64,000 nucleotides of DNA from Lama guanicoe (taxonomy: Eukaryota): assembly GCA_013239625.1 (NCBI GenBank), contig MU054831.1:435457-499456 (forward strand), read 5' to 3'. The first letter of the stretch is position 1; the number at the start of each line of letters is the position of its first letter. Of this stretch, positions 1 through 12,785 are shown piece by piece. The notes under the pieces are model-generated. The model was not told the DNA's origin. It did no database searches and worked only from the letters and a program-made list of their open reading frames with translations. The translations under genes and the position numbers were made by a program.

Positions 1-122
1 GGACAGGCGCTCACCTGGAGCTGTCCCTCGCCAAGGACCAGGGCCTCTCCATCATGGTTTCAGGGAAGCTGGACGCCGTGATGAAAGCTCGGAAGGACAT
101 TGTTGCTAGGCTGCAGACCCAG
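1..122 (+). CDS. HDLBP: HDLBP (vigilin) coding exon, 5'-truncated by window (approx. human exon 5)
   Basis: Frame from nt 3 reads TGAHLELSLAKDQGLSIMVSGKLDAVMKARKDIVARLQTQ; donor CAG|gtgagt. Confidence 0.95.
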
Positions 123-2054
123 GTGAGTATCCCCAGGCCAGTCCCCCCTGGGGCTGCACTCACGCTGCCGGCCGCTGGGGACGTGGCTCGGACTTCACGA
201 GACTCTGTCCACCAGTGGGCAGGCCCATAGCCCCCTGGTGTTTCTATTGGAAAAGCGCTAAATCAGGAGTAGAACTGGGGCGCCTGCCTTTTGTGCTATT
301 TGGATGAATGAACTGAAAGTTGAAGGCTTATCCCAGAGTTGCAGACACTTGAATTAGTGGAGTAAGGGCCCCGGTGGACAGACCGGTAGCTCCCAGCTTC
401 CGCGTGACAGCCAGGGGGTACCTTCGTTGTTACACACATTTCCAGGCCCCAGGCTCGGGCGGCTACAGATTCAGAGTTTGTCTGTTCTTTAGCCCTTGGC
501 CAGCTGACACCAGTGTCAGAATTTATTTGGGAACCACTGTGATAAATGTCAGTTAGTGATGCAGTCTTCCTGGGGCAGCATCACTATAGACCAAGATAAA
601 CACAGAGAATCTCACTGAAAGGTCGTGTGACGCTAGAGCCTTAGAGGGCCTGGTTAGAGACGAGCAGCTCTTCCCACCTGCCGCTGCGCTCTTGGGGAAG
701 CTGGCCTTAGGGGTGGTGGTTGGAAGGTGGGGATCTGATGCCAGAGGGGCCAGGGTGGGTGCGGAGGCAGGGTCTTGGGGAGGGAGCACTGCCCTGTGAG
801 ATCCCAGCTCGCATACTCACTCAGCCCCCTGGGGCCCGCCCTAAGCCCCTAGCTCCGGGGAATTAAGTCACCAAGTGTAGGAAGTGAAAAATGTGTGTAA
901 TTGTTTCACATCGTGGCTGGTGTGTGGATTATCATCTACTTGGGGACTGTTTTGCGGCTGAGCAGCGGGCAGGGAGGGAGCACTCCCAGTGCGTCTGCAG
1001 CCCTGGCCACCACCCTCCCCCCACCCCCAGGGCCTTAAAGCAAATCCCACAGTATTCACCTATCAATAATTCCCTTTTAATCCCCCTTTTTAAATACAGC
1101 TACTGTGTCAGCTCCCTCGTTAAAATTATTAGTAATTTCTTGACACACCTACGTTGAACCCAGTCTGTACACAGTCTCCCCCAGGTTTCTGAGGTGCTCC
1201 TGCGGCTGGGTTTTTTTTTCCTTTCAGTACATTCAGCATCTGGGTGAGGCCAGCGCACTGCCGTGCTTGTCAGACCTCGAGTCCCCTTCACTCCGCAGCT
1301 GTGCCCTCTCCTTTTTTCTTAATGCTGCTAGTCTGTTGACTTGGGGGGACAAGCAGGTGTTTAGTCTGTGCCACTGTCCCTCGTATGACGGTCCCTGTGA
1401 ACTGGCAGTGCGACTGGGGGCTGGCTCACGCTGGTGTTGGCTGGTTTGGCAGGAGACGTGTGGGTGGTGCTTGTACTTTGAGTTGATTCCACGAGGGGTC
1501 AGCAGACGGTGGTTCCTGCCCCCCCCCCCCGATTCACTGGTTCTCCTCTGAAGAACTCTCCTTTCGGGTGGGAAGTACAGGGTAGATAACTGACCCCTTT
1601 CCTCTTAACTTCCAGACCATATTGGCTTCCCGGCATCTTTGGTGGTGATCCATGAATCTTTAGTGTCGTTGCAAACTTCTGATGTGTCTGTTAGGTGTTC
1701 TTCAAGCAGAAGTTGCCTCATCTTTGGCAGGTGGGGCCTCCTTCAGGCTGGCATCCTGCAGCATTCTGACAGAATGATTCCAACAGGACCGTTGTCTTGG
1801 ATCACTTCCTCATTTCTAACGCAGAGAGATGTGTGGACTGACCTGAGCCGTTTCCTCCCACAGACCTGAAGTCATCTGTTAGTCCGAGAGCTCTAGACGT
1901 TTACAGCAGGAAGTTGCTTGAGTTCAAACTGCACTTCTAATGCAGATGAAGGATCTTAAGATGGGTTTTGAAGTCACTGAAGTCATTTTCTCTGTTGAGG
2001 TCACACCGTCACTTTGTATACAGTCGGGTTCAGTTGTTTTAATTTATTTTCAGG

Positions 2055-2235
2055 TTTTTTAAACGTTTTTTACTGAGTTACAGTTTACAGTGTTACGTCA
2101 AATTCCAGTGTAGAGCACAATTTTCAGTTTTACATGAACATACGTATATTCATTGTCACATTTTTTTTTTGCTGTGAGCTACCACAAGATCTTGTGTGTA
2201 TTTCTCTGTGCTGTACAGTATAATCCTGTTTATAT
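2055..2235 (-). mobile_element. L1 3' UTR terminal fragment (same family as the 37-kb copy)
   Basis: Reverse complement resembles 37710-37780 and continues into the terminus seen at 12568-12614. Confidence 0.75.
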
Positions 2236-2949
2236 TTTCGATTTTTTAAAAGTACGTACAGATTCCAGGGTTGCAGAGTCAGTCATGTGTGGTTCATTCG
2301 GAGACGGCCTCTTCACCCCGGCCTCCCTGCCAGGGACCATTCTGAGTCTTTGGTGTATTTTTCCATTGTTTGATTTGAGAACAGAAGCAGGATGACTCGC
2401 TGTCAGTCTTCTACACCTTGTTCCTGGAGGTGTCTGCGTGGAGGCAGAGGGTGGCTTCCTTGTGTCTGCTCACCTGCCTGCGCTCAGCTGCACAGTGATT
2501 TACTCAGGCATTCCTGCTGGTGGGCGCTGGGGAGGCTTCCAGACTTCTGCTCTTGTAAATTGTGTCACGGTTAAAAACCTGGGGCATCTGCTGTCCTTTG
2601 TTTCACCCAGTGTGTCTTGGGGTGGATCTCCCAGAGGGAGGTGGCCAGGTCAGAGGGAAACTGTGTGTAACTTGCAGCTCCCCCGCCAACACGTGTGTCC
2701 ACACACCCACCCACTCCCCCACCCCCTGCGGCCGCACCAGGGTCCTCGGGCTCTGGGCTGTGTGTTGGTTTTGGTCTTCACTCTGCAAGGCAGCTGGGTG
2801 TGCTTGTGGTTTGTGTTTTCTGCTGGGACAGCTGAGTCTCTCTCCGTTTCTCTTCGTTGTGCGAGGACCACGTGTGTGTTCTCTGCACTGTTGTCCGGCC
2901 CTTTGCTACTGAGTTGAAGTTGTCTGTCTTGTTCAGTCAGTTAGGCGCT

Positions 2950-4300
2950 TAAAACCCTCCAGCAGGAATAGATGCTACAAACAGTGTTCCCGGTTTGCCA
3001 TTTGTGCTTTGATCTTGAGGTGTTCTGCAATGTGAGTTTCGTTCTTGTGGGGTCAAATTCATTAATCTTTTGCTTCTTGAGTCACTGTTGGGAAACGGTT
3101 TTATTTTTGCTTCTGGGTTGTGAGAAAGTTTACTCGTATTTTTTCTGTTCCTGTCAGAGTGTTCTTACATTTCAGCTCCCGATTCGTTTGGGATTTACTG
3201 TGAATGGTACGACGTGCAGATCCAGTTTCATCGTTTTCCACGTGGCTGTCAAGTCATCAGCGCCATTTTTAAAGTTTCCCCCAGTGATTTGAATGGCAGT
3301 TTTTATCAAGCCTTGAGTTTTCATATTAACTTGGGTCTGGTCCTAGATTTTCTGTTCCGATCTGTTGGCCTGTCTCTCCCTGTCTCGCGTCCTCTGTCTG
3401 GTGGTGATGGCTTTATGCTCCAGCATGCAGCATGGTTACCACCTCTGCGCCTGCACGGTCCTTGTCTGGGAGTTCCTGTCTGTCCTCTTTCGTTCTGCGT
3501 GCAGCCTTTATCTTCAGCTTTTCGCTCAGAGTGGCGCTAGGTCACTTACCAGGCGTGTTCTGATCTGACGCGCGCAGCCCAGCTCCTCTGTTGGTGTCCA
3601 GCAACTCTCTGTACAGTCTTGTCTTTTTCTTTTTCTTTTTGGAGATGGGTGGTCTTTCCATCCCCTAACCAGTGCTGTTAGTGTAAGTCAGAGCTGCTGG
3701 TCTCTGGGTTCTCAGCTTCTCTTCCTGTGGGGCAGTGAGAGTTTGGTAAAGAAGTGGTCCCCTGGTCCCGGGCGTGCTGTCTGCTCCCCCGTCAAGGACA
3801 GCCCTTGTGCTGAGGTGTGCGAGTGTGGTGGTCACGTTAGACATATACGTGTACACTGAATTCTGTTTTCTTGCAGATTTTTGTCATGAGAGGGTGTAAA
3901 TTTCTTAGAGATGATCATTTCCCGTCTCCCCTTCAATCTAGCAATGTAACGAATTATATAAATAGGTTTCCTAATACTGAGCCTTTTGTGGAATAACCCT
4001 CACGTGGTCGTGATGTGTCAGCCACAGGTCTGACTTCCCGTGAGGGCTCTTCATGGCTGCTGGGCGCAGTGCAGCGTCTCTGTTGTGAACGAGGAGTGGT
4101 TGCTATGAAACCGCGTCCCGTGGGGAAGAAGAGCAACTCCTTGGTCTGTGGTTCCTGTTCCACTCATGATGGAGCCTTAGCACTTGCCGCCTTTCTTTCA
4201 GTTTTCTTGGTTGATGGCTTTCCTGTATAAATTTAGGAAGACGGGAAACCCGTCTTCCTCTCAGGTCTCCCTGTGGCCTCAGAAAGCTGCACAGTGTCTG
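2950..4300 (-). mobile_element. Old degraded L1 ORF2 fragments
   Basis: T-rich tract with L1-antisense motifs (gatccagtttcatcgttttccacgtggctgtc; ggaataaccctcacgtggtcgtg); boundaries approximate. Confidence 0.5.
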
Positions 4301-4863
4301 GCAGTTTGACTCAACGGATGAAGGGTTTGGACGATTCTCATTTTCTTTCCTCAGATGAGTTGCCTATTTGAACTGGTTGCAAGAGAGACAGGGGAAAGTG
4401 CTTCTTACTGCATTTGAGGCTTACGTCTGAAAAAAACATAGCTTACTGTTCCCAAAACAGCAGCTCGGCTGGTCAGCAGCTCGCGTCTGCTCTCCCGCTG
4501 GGGCCTAGCGCAGTGTGGGGGGCCACTGGGTGGGAGCAGGATGGTCATCATTCTTGAATGTTGCCATCCTCGTGGCGGCTGACAGCTAGGCTGAGAAGAC
4601 ACAGGACAGACTGTCACCCGTGCGTAATGACGACAGCTGCAGGGCGGACATGGCCCTGGGAGCAGGTCGCACTTGAACTTACTGTAGCCTAGGGTTCGGG
4701 GCCTGCTTCCCCAGGAACGTGACCTTTGACCTGAGACTGTTCCGAAGGAGGGCTGGGGTGACCAGGCAAGGACAGGTGAGAATGGCGTCCCAGCCGGAGA
4801 GTGCAGTGGGGAGACATGCCTTCCCGGAACCTTCCATTTCCTTCGGTTCTTTTCCTGCTGTAG

Positions 4864-5070
4864 GCCTCAGCAACCGTTGCCATCCCCAAAGAACACCATC
4901 GCTTCGTCATTGGCAAAAATGGAGAGAAACTGCAAGACCTGGAGCTGAAAACTGCAACCAAAATCCAGATCCCACGCCCGGATGACACCAGCAACCAGAT
5001 CAGGATCACCGGCACCAAAGAGGGCATCGAGAAGGCTCGCCACGAGGTCTTGCTCATCTCCGCCGAGCAG
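4864..5070 (+). CDS. HDLBP: HDLBP exon (KH domain)
   Basis: tag|ASATVAIPKEHHRFVIGKNGEKLQDLELKTATKIQIPRPDD...ISAEQ|gtgagg; 207 nt; GxxG loop. Confidence 0.96.
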
Positions 5071-5157
5071 GTGAGGCCCCACCCGGGCCGCTGGCAGTTC
5101 CGGTCCTCCTGGGCCCCGCCCGGGGCCGTGCCCTCACGGTTCTGTCCTTGCCCCCAG

Positions 5158-5373
5158 GACAAACGTGCTGTGGAGAGGCTGGAAGTGGAGAAGGCGTTCC
5201 ACCCCTTCATCGCGGGGCCTTACAACCGCCTCGTCGGTGAGATCATGCAGGAGACAGGGACCCGAATCAACATACCCCCGCCCAGCGTCAACCGGACGGA
5301 GATCGTCTTCACCGGAGAGAAGGAGCAGCTGGCTCAGGCAGTGGCTCGCATCAGGAAGATTTACGAGGAGAAG
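5158..5373 (+). CDS. HDLBP: HDLBP exon
   Basis: cag|DKRAVERLEVEKAFHPFIAGPYNRL...IYEEK|gtagcg; 216 nt. Confidence 0.96.
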
Positions 5374-5820
5374 GTAGCGGCGGCGAGGAGGGAAGCCCCC
5401 CCGGCGGGAGCAGAGGACAGGCCTTGCCAGCCCAGCCCCACCCTGTGCCCTGGGTGTCCTTCTGTGCCTGGACAGCCTCGGTCTCTGGCCGGAAGGTGGT
5501 GCCCGTGCTCCCCGTGGCTGTCGGGCAGAGGGCAGAGCGCTGTGCAGGGCGGCTGCCCCCACGCCAGCCCCCTGCCCTTGATGCCCAGGGCACCCCCTCG
5601 GGGCTGATCGGGCTCTGAAACTTGGTCCCTAGTTGAGGGAGAGCACTTGGTGTTCTCACTTCCTCCTGGTTGCAGTCATCAGTCTCAAGTGGGTCTTCTG
5701 AGGAGAAAACCTAGTTCTTGAGGACTGGAATTTCTGGAGGGGGCTGCTCATTGTCTTCCCTTAGCTTGCTCTGGAGCCCCCCTTCCTGCCCTCTGACACC
5801 CGCATGGTGCTCTCACTTAG

Positions 5821-6027
5821 AAAAAGAAGACCACGACCATCGCGGTGGAGGTGAAGAAGTCCCAGCACAAGTACGTCATCGGGCCCAAGGGCAACTCCCT
5901 GCAGGAGATCCTGGAGAGAACAGGCGTTTCTGTGGAGATCCCGCCTTCGGACAGCGCCTCTGAGACCGTGATCCTCCGGGGCGAGCCCGAAAAGCTGGGG
6001 CAGGCGCTGACTGAAGTCTATGCCAAG
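5821..6027 (+). CDS. HDLBP: HDLBP exon (KH domain)
   Basis: tag|KKKTTTIAVEVKKSQHKYVIGPKG...EVYAK|gtaact; 207 nt. Confidence 0.96.
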
Positions 6028-6150
6028 GTAACTGCTCCTTGCGGGGACAGACTCCGGATTAGCGATTCCCAGGGCCAGTGCAGGGGCGCGGGGGGCGGGG
6101 GCGTTGGCGTGACCAGACTCCGCAGACCCACTCGTTACCTGCTCTCCCAG

Positions 6151-6258
6151 GCCAACAGCTTTACAGTCTCCTCTGTCTCTGCGCCTTCCTGGCTTCACCG
6201 CTTCATCATCGGCAAGAAAGGGCAGAACCTGGCCAAAATCACTCAGCAGATGCCAAAG
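6151..6258 (+). CDS. HDLBP: HDLBP exon
   Basis: cag|ANSFTVSSVSAPSWLHRFIIGKKGQNLAKITQQMPK|gtgagg. Confidence 0.96.
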
Positions 6259-7125
6259 GTGAGGGAGCCTTCACCTGCTGCTTTGAGGTGGCCTCTGTCG
6301 GCCCTCCCCGCACGTCTGGTCCTGTGGGTGCCTGTGAAGACTGGGGTGCTGCGTGTTTTAAGCATCAGTTGTTGTGTGGCACTCAGCTGTTCCGCGGTTA
6401 GCTGAGCAAGAGCAGAGTAAGTTGTTTGAAGTACCTGTGCCATGTTTTGGTCTCTGTAACAAGAGGAAGCGTGTGTATTGCTGGGTTTCATGACTGTCTC
6501 AGGGAACATCTCATTCGGTGACATGGAGTGCTTGCTTCTGAGCGGTTACGTCTGCGGGCTGTGTGGAGCTGGGGCCGCCCGTCCCTGCGTCTGCCCTGCA
6601 GCCCTTTAAGTTCTGCGAGGAGGCAGGAGGGCCGCTGGGCTGGAAGGGCCGGAAGGGCTGGAAGCAGCAGGGACCACACGTGCTGTCTTGCCCCCCCGCC
6701 GGCCGTCGTGCGTGTTAGGGGCCGTGCCCCGGCTCACGCTGGCTGGGGTGCCTCTTGGGCTTCACTCCTGACCTGGCGTCTTGGAGCTGAGCAGCAGGGC
6801 CTGTCTGGACCGCGGTCGGGCAGCTGTGCTGGGTTGAAGCTCTCCCTGTGGCCACTCGTCCAGCCCCCTGGTCCCCGGGCGGCGTGTGCACCTCACACCC
6901 AGGGTATTGGTGACGCACGGTGGGAGGGCCTCCTTCTCCAGGTTCCACACTGTATTTCCTACCAAAATCACGCTCGCCCCCAGACCCCCGTCCACCTCAC
7001 TGGTGCCGGTGGATGCACGTTTGTAAAAGCGTTTGGGATCTGCTGCTGCCCTGGAGAACGCTCACGGGTTCTCGGAGGTCACCGGTGCCTGCTGTCTCAG
7101 TGGACGACTTGTTCTGGTGTGGCAG

Positions 7126-7230
7126 GTTCACGTCGAGTTCACAGAGGGTGAGGACAGGATCACCCTGGAAGGCCCCACGGAGGACGTCAGCGTGGCCCAG
7201 GAGCAGATCGAAGCCATGGTCAAGGACTTG
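7126..7230 (+). CDS. HDLBP: HDLBP exon
   Basis: cag|VHVEFTEGEDRITLEGPTEDVSVAQEQIEAMVKDL|gtaggc. Confidence 0.95.
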
Positions 7231-7526
7231 GTAGGCATCCCTGCAGCCCTCTGGGTGCTGGCCGAGTGGGGCGGGGCCTGATCTTGCCAGTCAGACCTGC
7301 GGTGGGTGGGTTGGAGGCGCCGAAGGGTGGCCCCTGGTGAGCAGAGGAAACCCTGTTTTGAAGGACGCCTGCAGGAACACCTTGCCGCAGCTCCTGCCAG
7401 CTCAGTGGGGAGGGAAAGGGGCAGCTGTCGGCTTCTGGGCCTCGCTTCTGGCTGTTTGCATGTCTGGGCACGCTCCTTGGGCTCAGATGCCTGTGTCCAC
7501 GGGCCCGCTCTGTGCCCCTCCCGCAG

Positions 7527-7605
7527 GTTAACCGGATGGACTATGTGGAGATCAACATCGACCACAAGTTCCACCGACACCTCATCGGGAAGAGCGGAGC
7601 CAACA
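7527..7605 (+). CDS. HDLBP: HDLBP exon
   Basis: cag|VNRMDYVEINIDHKFHRHLIGKSGAN+A|gtgagt; phase 1. Confidence 0.95.
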
Positions 7606-9263
7606 GTGAGTGAGGCGGACAGGGCGCGGGAGAGATGAGTCGTGGCCTGGCCCAGCCGGGTCTCCCCCGGGGCCGTGGTGGGCCTGGAGCTGTCTAGCCC
7701 AGAGGTTCCCTGCGTGCCCAAGGGTCGTGTGCTCACATTTCAGCCAGAGCTGTGGGGTGGAGGCCGCTGGTTCTGCAGTCCTCGGTGTTCACCACCGAGC
7801 CCGCCCCAGCCTGCAGCTCTCCCAGGGGTCAGAGCTTTGCACTCTCGGGCCCACATCACGCGGCGCAGGGAGGGTTCTTTTGGGCGAGCAGGGATCTGTC
7901 AGCCCAGGCTCAGCCTTGGACTGAACTGTGTCGGTTGTACAAGTGTGGGGCGTCGGGAGTGTGCCAGGTGAGCACTCTGCTTTAATCCGCAGGTGTGTTT
8001 GAAAGTCCACTCCTTTGCTTAGTTTGACTGTAAGGCCATCCCACACATCACAGGCTCACCAGTCCTGAAAACAGCCCTATCCCCGGGGAGCGACCTTTGG
8101 TGGAAGGTGGGAGCGCTGGGTCCTGCCCGAGGTCACAGGGGCCCGCGGCCTGGGGAGGATACCGCTGTGAGCGAGCCCTGTGCAGCCATTCTTGTTCAGA
8201 GTAGACGGAAGGCGGTCCCTGCTGCTCTGTTCTGGGGTAGGAGCTCACACAGCCGTTCCTCTCAGTGCCCACCTGTGCGCGCTGCTTGAGCCCTGCACGC
8301 GCCATAGATCTGCTTTTGTGTTGTTAATTTGCTTTTGCTTTGGTGAACTGTGATGTTTCCTTAACAACACAAGGAGGTGCAGTTCTGGCATTAGCTTCTG
8401 GGTTCTGCTCTCGGGACGCGCAGGACCACTTGGCTTGGTTCAGGGAGTTGCGTCTGTTCCATTTTCTTCTGGTTCTGCGCCTAGTCCTTGCTTCCCTTCA
8501 CCTGAGCCCTGCTGCCCGGCGTGTGTGTCCCGGGCTCTCATCCCACGCGGCTGCCCAGGACCAGCACGTCCTCACGTTCGCCCCGCGCTCCTCCGCTCAC
8601 GGCTGTCTCTGTGTGCTCAGAACCTTCCTTAGTGACCCTGCACGGAGCTTGGCTCCCCTTGACGACACAGTGGGCGGAGTGCCGACCTCACTTCCTGGCG
8701 ATGAGGTTTCTCCAGGCTGGGGGCCTGGCTCTGTCCAGACGGGGTAGCCGTGAGGCGCTCGGGCTGGACCTGAGCTGACGACGGAGGCCCTACGCAGCGT
8801 GGCCTCCGCAGGGCTCTCAGGTGGTTGGGGGGGGCCTCTTTCTTCTTTAGCTAACCCGAGGGCTTGATTTTTAACAGTTTTTTATGGTTATTTTTTTGAG
8901 TGGGTTTTGACCTGAACAGGAGTTCCCGTACTTGTCCGTTTCCGCTTAGCAACGCCCGGGACCTTTAAAACATTCTAAAGCCCCGGCCGTGCCCAGAGCA
9001 GCTGTACCGCGGAGCTGGAGCGGCTGTGGCTGCTGGGCGTCTGAATTCCCGGGAAACGCCTGGACGTGGCCTGCTGGGGTGGCGGCCGCGCCGGCCCGCC
9101 GTAGGCGGTGGCAGGGCTTGCCTTGAAGTGTGAAGGCCTGCCCGTCCTTCTGCCCATGGGTGGCTGACGGGGGCGGGGGCTGTCTAGGGCTTTAGCCCTG
9201 CCCTGCTGCACGGGTCAGGGGGTACGTTCTGGTCCGAAGCGTGTTTCCTTTTGTGTCCTGAAG

Positions 9264-9403
9264 TAAACAGGATCAAGGACCAGTACAAGGTGTCCGTGCG
9301 CATCCCTCCTGACAGTGAGAAGAGCAGCCTGATCCGCATCGAGGGCGACCCGCAGGGCGTGCGGCAGGCCAAGCGCGAGCTGCTGGAGCTCGCCTCCCGC
9401 ATG
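9264..9403 (+). CDS. HDLBP: HDLBP exon
   Basis: aag|(I)NRIKDQYKVSVRIPPDSEKSSLIRIEGDPQG...LASRM|gtaagc; with the previous exon 79+140 nt restores frame. Confidence 0.94.
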
Positions 9404-10404
9404 GTAAGCCCACAGCCGGGTCCACCTGGGCAGCGCACCTGTGCGTGTGCCGTCCTGGAGGGCGGGAGGCGCCAGGTCTCCTCTGCATCGGGTTGGTGTG
9501 ACTTGCAGGGGCTGCATTTCCTTCGTCCTCCCCAGGACCCCAAGGTCACGTGCTATGTAAGGGGGTGCTGTGACCCTGCAGCAGGGTTCTTAGCCTTGGC
9601 CAAACCCCAGAGTCCATGATGCCTCAGTCCCAACTGTGGGGACTTCTCTGGACTCTCAGAGCCGCCCAAGTGGTTCTCACGTGCAGTGTAGGTTGAGGGA
9701 CTGCTGTGTGGTTATCTGCAGGCCTGGGGTGGGGCGCGCCCTGCCCCCTCCAGGCCAGAGTCTTGCACACTCTCCTCGGTTCTCAGGGTCAGGTACAGTA
9801 GCTCCTTGCCCTGGAGTGTCTTGTGTCTGCCGGATCACTGAAGGCTCGTCTCTGTCATCCTGATGCCAGTCTGGTCCAGAGTCTTGCAGAATGTTTTTAA
9901 TGTTTGGTTGGCTATTAACTGTTCTTCTCTAGGTTTTGGCTCTGCTTGTTCTTTTGTGTTTCTCCTGACATCTTGATAGGACCTCTGGAGGAGGTTGAGA
10001 ACCATGTGGATTCCGTGCCCTATGCTGACATGAACCACTCTTTCTTCACCCTGCGCATGGGGCGGCGGTCCCTGCCACCCTGTGTTCAGGAGGGATTGCT
10101 CCCTGCTTTGCAAAGCGCTAAGCCTCACAGGCTCTCTTGTTAGCAGAAGTGCTGAATGGGCTGCTTTGGTATGACCGTGGCTGCTGTGGTAGCACTTCTG
10201 GGCAAAGGCCCTATGCCCCATTTTCTAGTTCTTTGTTCAGGAGAACATCCACCCACGTGACAGGAGTGTGGCCGCTGGAGGGAGTGGCGCCCTGTGACGG
10301 GTGCCCTGCTGGCTGCGGCGGCGGGGCTGTGCCACTGTCCCAGGGCTCCCGTGCCTCCTGGCGTCAGGAGAGATCGCTCACCTCACTGGCAATTGTGTTT
10401 TTAG

Positions 10405-10509
10405 GAAAATGAACGCACCAAGGATTTAATCATTGAGCAGAGATTTCATCGCACAATCATTGGGCAGAAGGGTGAGCGGATCCGTGAAATTCGGGACAAA
10501 TTCCCAGAG
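10405..10509 (+). CDS. HDLBP: HDLBP exon
   Basis: tag|ENERTKDLIIEQRFHRTIIGQKGERIREIRDKFPE|gtaaag. Confidence 0.96.
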
Positions 10510-10635
10510 GTAAAGGTTTCCCAAAGGCATCCTTTGGTCCCTGTGAGTGGTCTGATTGGCACTTGGGGGTGTTCGGTATTTTGGAATCCAGTACTGGCCA
10601 GTGATTGAACTTGGTCTCCTGATGGCTTGTTCTAG

Positions 10636-10749
10636 GTTATCATCAATTTTCCAGACCCAGCACAGAAAAGTGATATTGTCCAACTGAGGGGGCCCAAGAA
10701 TGAGGTGGAAAAATGCACAAAGTACATGCAGAAGATGGTGGCAGATCTG
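10636..10749 (+). CDS. HDLBP: HDLBP exon
   Basis: tag|VIINFPDPAQKSDIVQLRGPKNEVEKCTKYMQKMVADL|gtgagg. Confidence 0.96.
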
Positions 10750-11393
10750 GTGAGGGGGCTTCTCCACCCTTCGTTGGGTGGTGTGGGGGCTGGGGTTCCC
10801 TGGAGTGCTGGGCCCATCCGCCCTCTCAGGACGCTCCCCACACTGTGAGGCCTTGTCCACACGAGGTGCCGTCAGAGCCCTGGTGGAGAGACTCGTGTCT
10901 GGGAGGCGAGGTCTGCGCCCGCTGCTTGAGGGTCTCAGGCACGGGGACGAAGGGGGTCTGGGAGCTGCTGGGCTTCTCACGGGGCTCGGACTTGGCCCCT
11001 GCCCGCCTCGGGGTGCTGGCGGGGCGGGCCTCCCCGAGTGCTAGGGGCCGCGGCCAGCTCGGGCCCTGGGTGTGGCACCGACTCCCTCCTGCAGGGAGAG
11101 GGGGGAGGGTGGGGGGGCACCTGGCCTGACTCGCCCGCTCCTGCGTAGAGCCTGCGTCCGAGGGAGCGCGGGGCTGTTGCACGCCACCTGTCAGGAGGGG
11201 CTTGGCGTCAGTGGCCTGTGGCAGGTTAGTTAGTCGTCGGATAGGTTACCTCCCCGTCCTTGCTTGTGGGAGAAGCAGGACTGTGCCTGTGCTGCCCGAG
11301 CGTGGAGCCCTGTCCCTGCACCCCGCCTTCAGGGACAGGGACGCTTCCCTGTCTGGCGTGACAGCTCATGGTGCTGTCTCTCTTGTTTTTAAG

Positions 11394-11480
11394 GTGGAAA
11401 ATAGCTATTCAATTTCGGTTCCGATCTTCAAACAGTTTCACAAGAACATCATTGGGAAAGGAGGTGCAAACATTAAAAAG
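11394..11480 (+). CDS. HDLBP: HDLBP exon
   Basis: aag|VENSYSISVPIFKQFHKNIIGKGGANIKK|gtgagc. Confidence 0.96.
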
Positions 11481-11576
11481 GTGAGCCACCGGCTGCATCC
11501 TGGGTCTTGGCTCTTCCCACGCGGCCCTGGAGCCCCGTGCTGCTCTCACTTCTCATGGTGCCCTCTCTCCTTGTAG

Positions 11577-11708
11577 ATTCGGGAAGAGAGCAACACCAAG
11601 ATTGACCTTCCAGCAGAAAACAGCAACTCAGAGACCATCATCATCACGGGCAAGCGAGCCAACTGCGAGGCCGCCCGCAGCCGCATCCTGTCCATCCAGA
11701 AAGACCTG
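11577..11708 (+). CDS. HDLBP: HDLBP exon
   Basis: tag|IREESNTKIDLPAENSNSETIIITGKRANCEAARSRILSIQKDL|gtaacg. Confidence 0.96.
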
Positions 11709-12567
11709 GTAACGGGACGCAGCGGGATACGGCGGGGCGGCGCTCACGGGCCGCCTGGCGTCCCGGGGGTGGGCCAGCAGCCTCACAGGGTCGCTTCCCA
11801 CGGCTCCTCCCGGCAGAGCTGGCCCGCTGCAGGCTCCTGCCGCGGTCCCTGCCAATACTTTCCAGTGCACCCCAGCTCTGGTTTGACTCGAGTGCTTGGA
11901 AATCATCACATTCGATTTCTGTTTCCAGTTTTAAAAGAAATTAACAGGCAGGAAACGGCACGTGTGTAAATGTGCAGTTTAAGTTTCGGCATGTGTGTAC
12001 GTCACTGAGTCACCACTGCAGGCAACAGTGCACGTGTCCATCTTGTTCCCTTCCAGCACCTCCCTCCGCCTCACCGGCCCTGCCAGCCCCTCTCCCCGCG
12101 CAGCGCGGTGTGGATCCGCTCCTCGCCCGCCCTCCGGTTTGCTCCTCCGTGCTGTCGCGGCGTCACTGCTGCTCTGGCTTCATCAGAGGAGACCCTGTTC
12201 CTTCGGGGGTTTCTCTTACCTCTTGTTGAGCTTATTACCGTAGTTCCCAGAGCACTCCTGTTGCCTTTTCACTGTGGGGATGTCGTGTTTCTCACTCGTG
12301 GCACGTGTAACTTGCGTCTCTGTAAAGCGACCCCCTGTTAAAAGACCTACTTTTTCTCATGTGAAAGTGAGTTTCTTCCAGGCAGCTTGCTGTTTTATTC
12401 AGTCTGAGACTGTGCCTGTTAAACAGAGACGTTTACATCCAGCTACCTTAGTGGTGATACGTCTGTATGCTGTTATGTACCTTGTTTTGTTACATACACT
12501 CAATAATTACACTTGATGTGATTATAATTTTTTCATTTTCAAAAATTGCAGTAAAAGTTACTAAGTC

Positions 12568-12614
12568 TTTGACACAACATTGTAAAATGATTATAAATAA
12601 AAAATTTAAAAAAA
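12568..12614 (+). mobile_element. Ultra-short L1 3' end insertion with A-tail
   Basis: tttgacacaacattgtaaaatgattataaataaaaa plus A-tail; TSD aaaagttactaagtc / aaaagttaccaagcc. Confidence 0.75.
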
Positions 12615-12738
12615 AAAAGTTACCAAGCCAGGTCGAGGCCCTAACCGTCGGTGGGCAGGCGGGCGGCGCTCGCCTGGTGCAGCCTCACCACGTCTTCCCA
12701 GACCCTCCCATCCACCCCCTCCCAGCCCCTGTGCCGCC

Positions 12739-12785
12739 GCAGTGCAGCAGTGCAGCAGTGCTGCAGTGCAGCAGTGCACTGCTGC
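12739..12785. repeat. (GCAGTGCA)n minisatellite ending in an 18-bp palindrome
   Basis: About five 8-bp units; gcagcagtgcactgctgc at 12768-12785. Confidence 0.8.
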
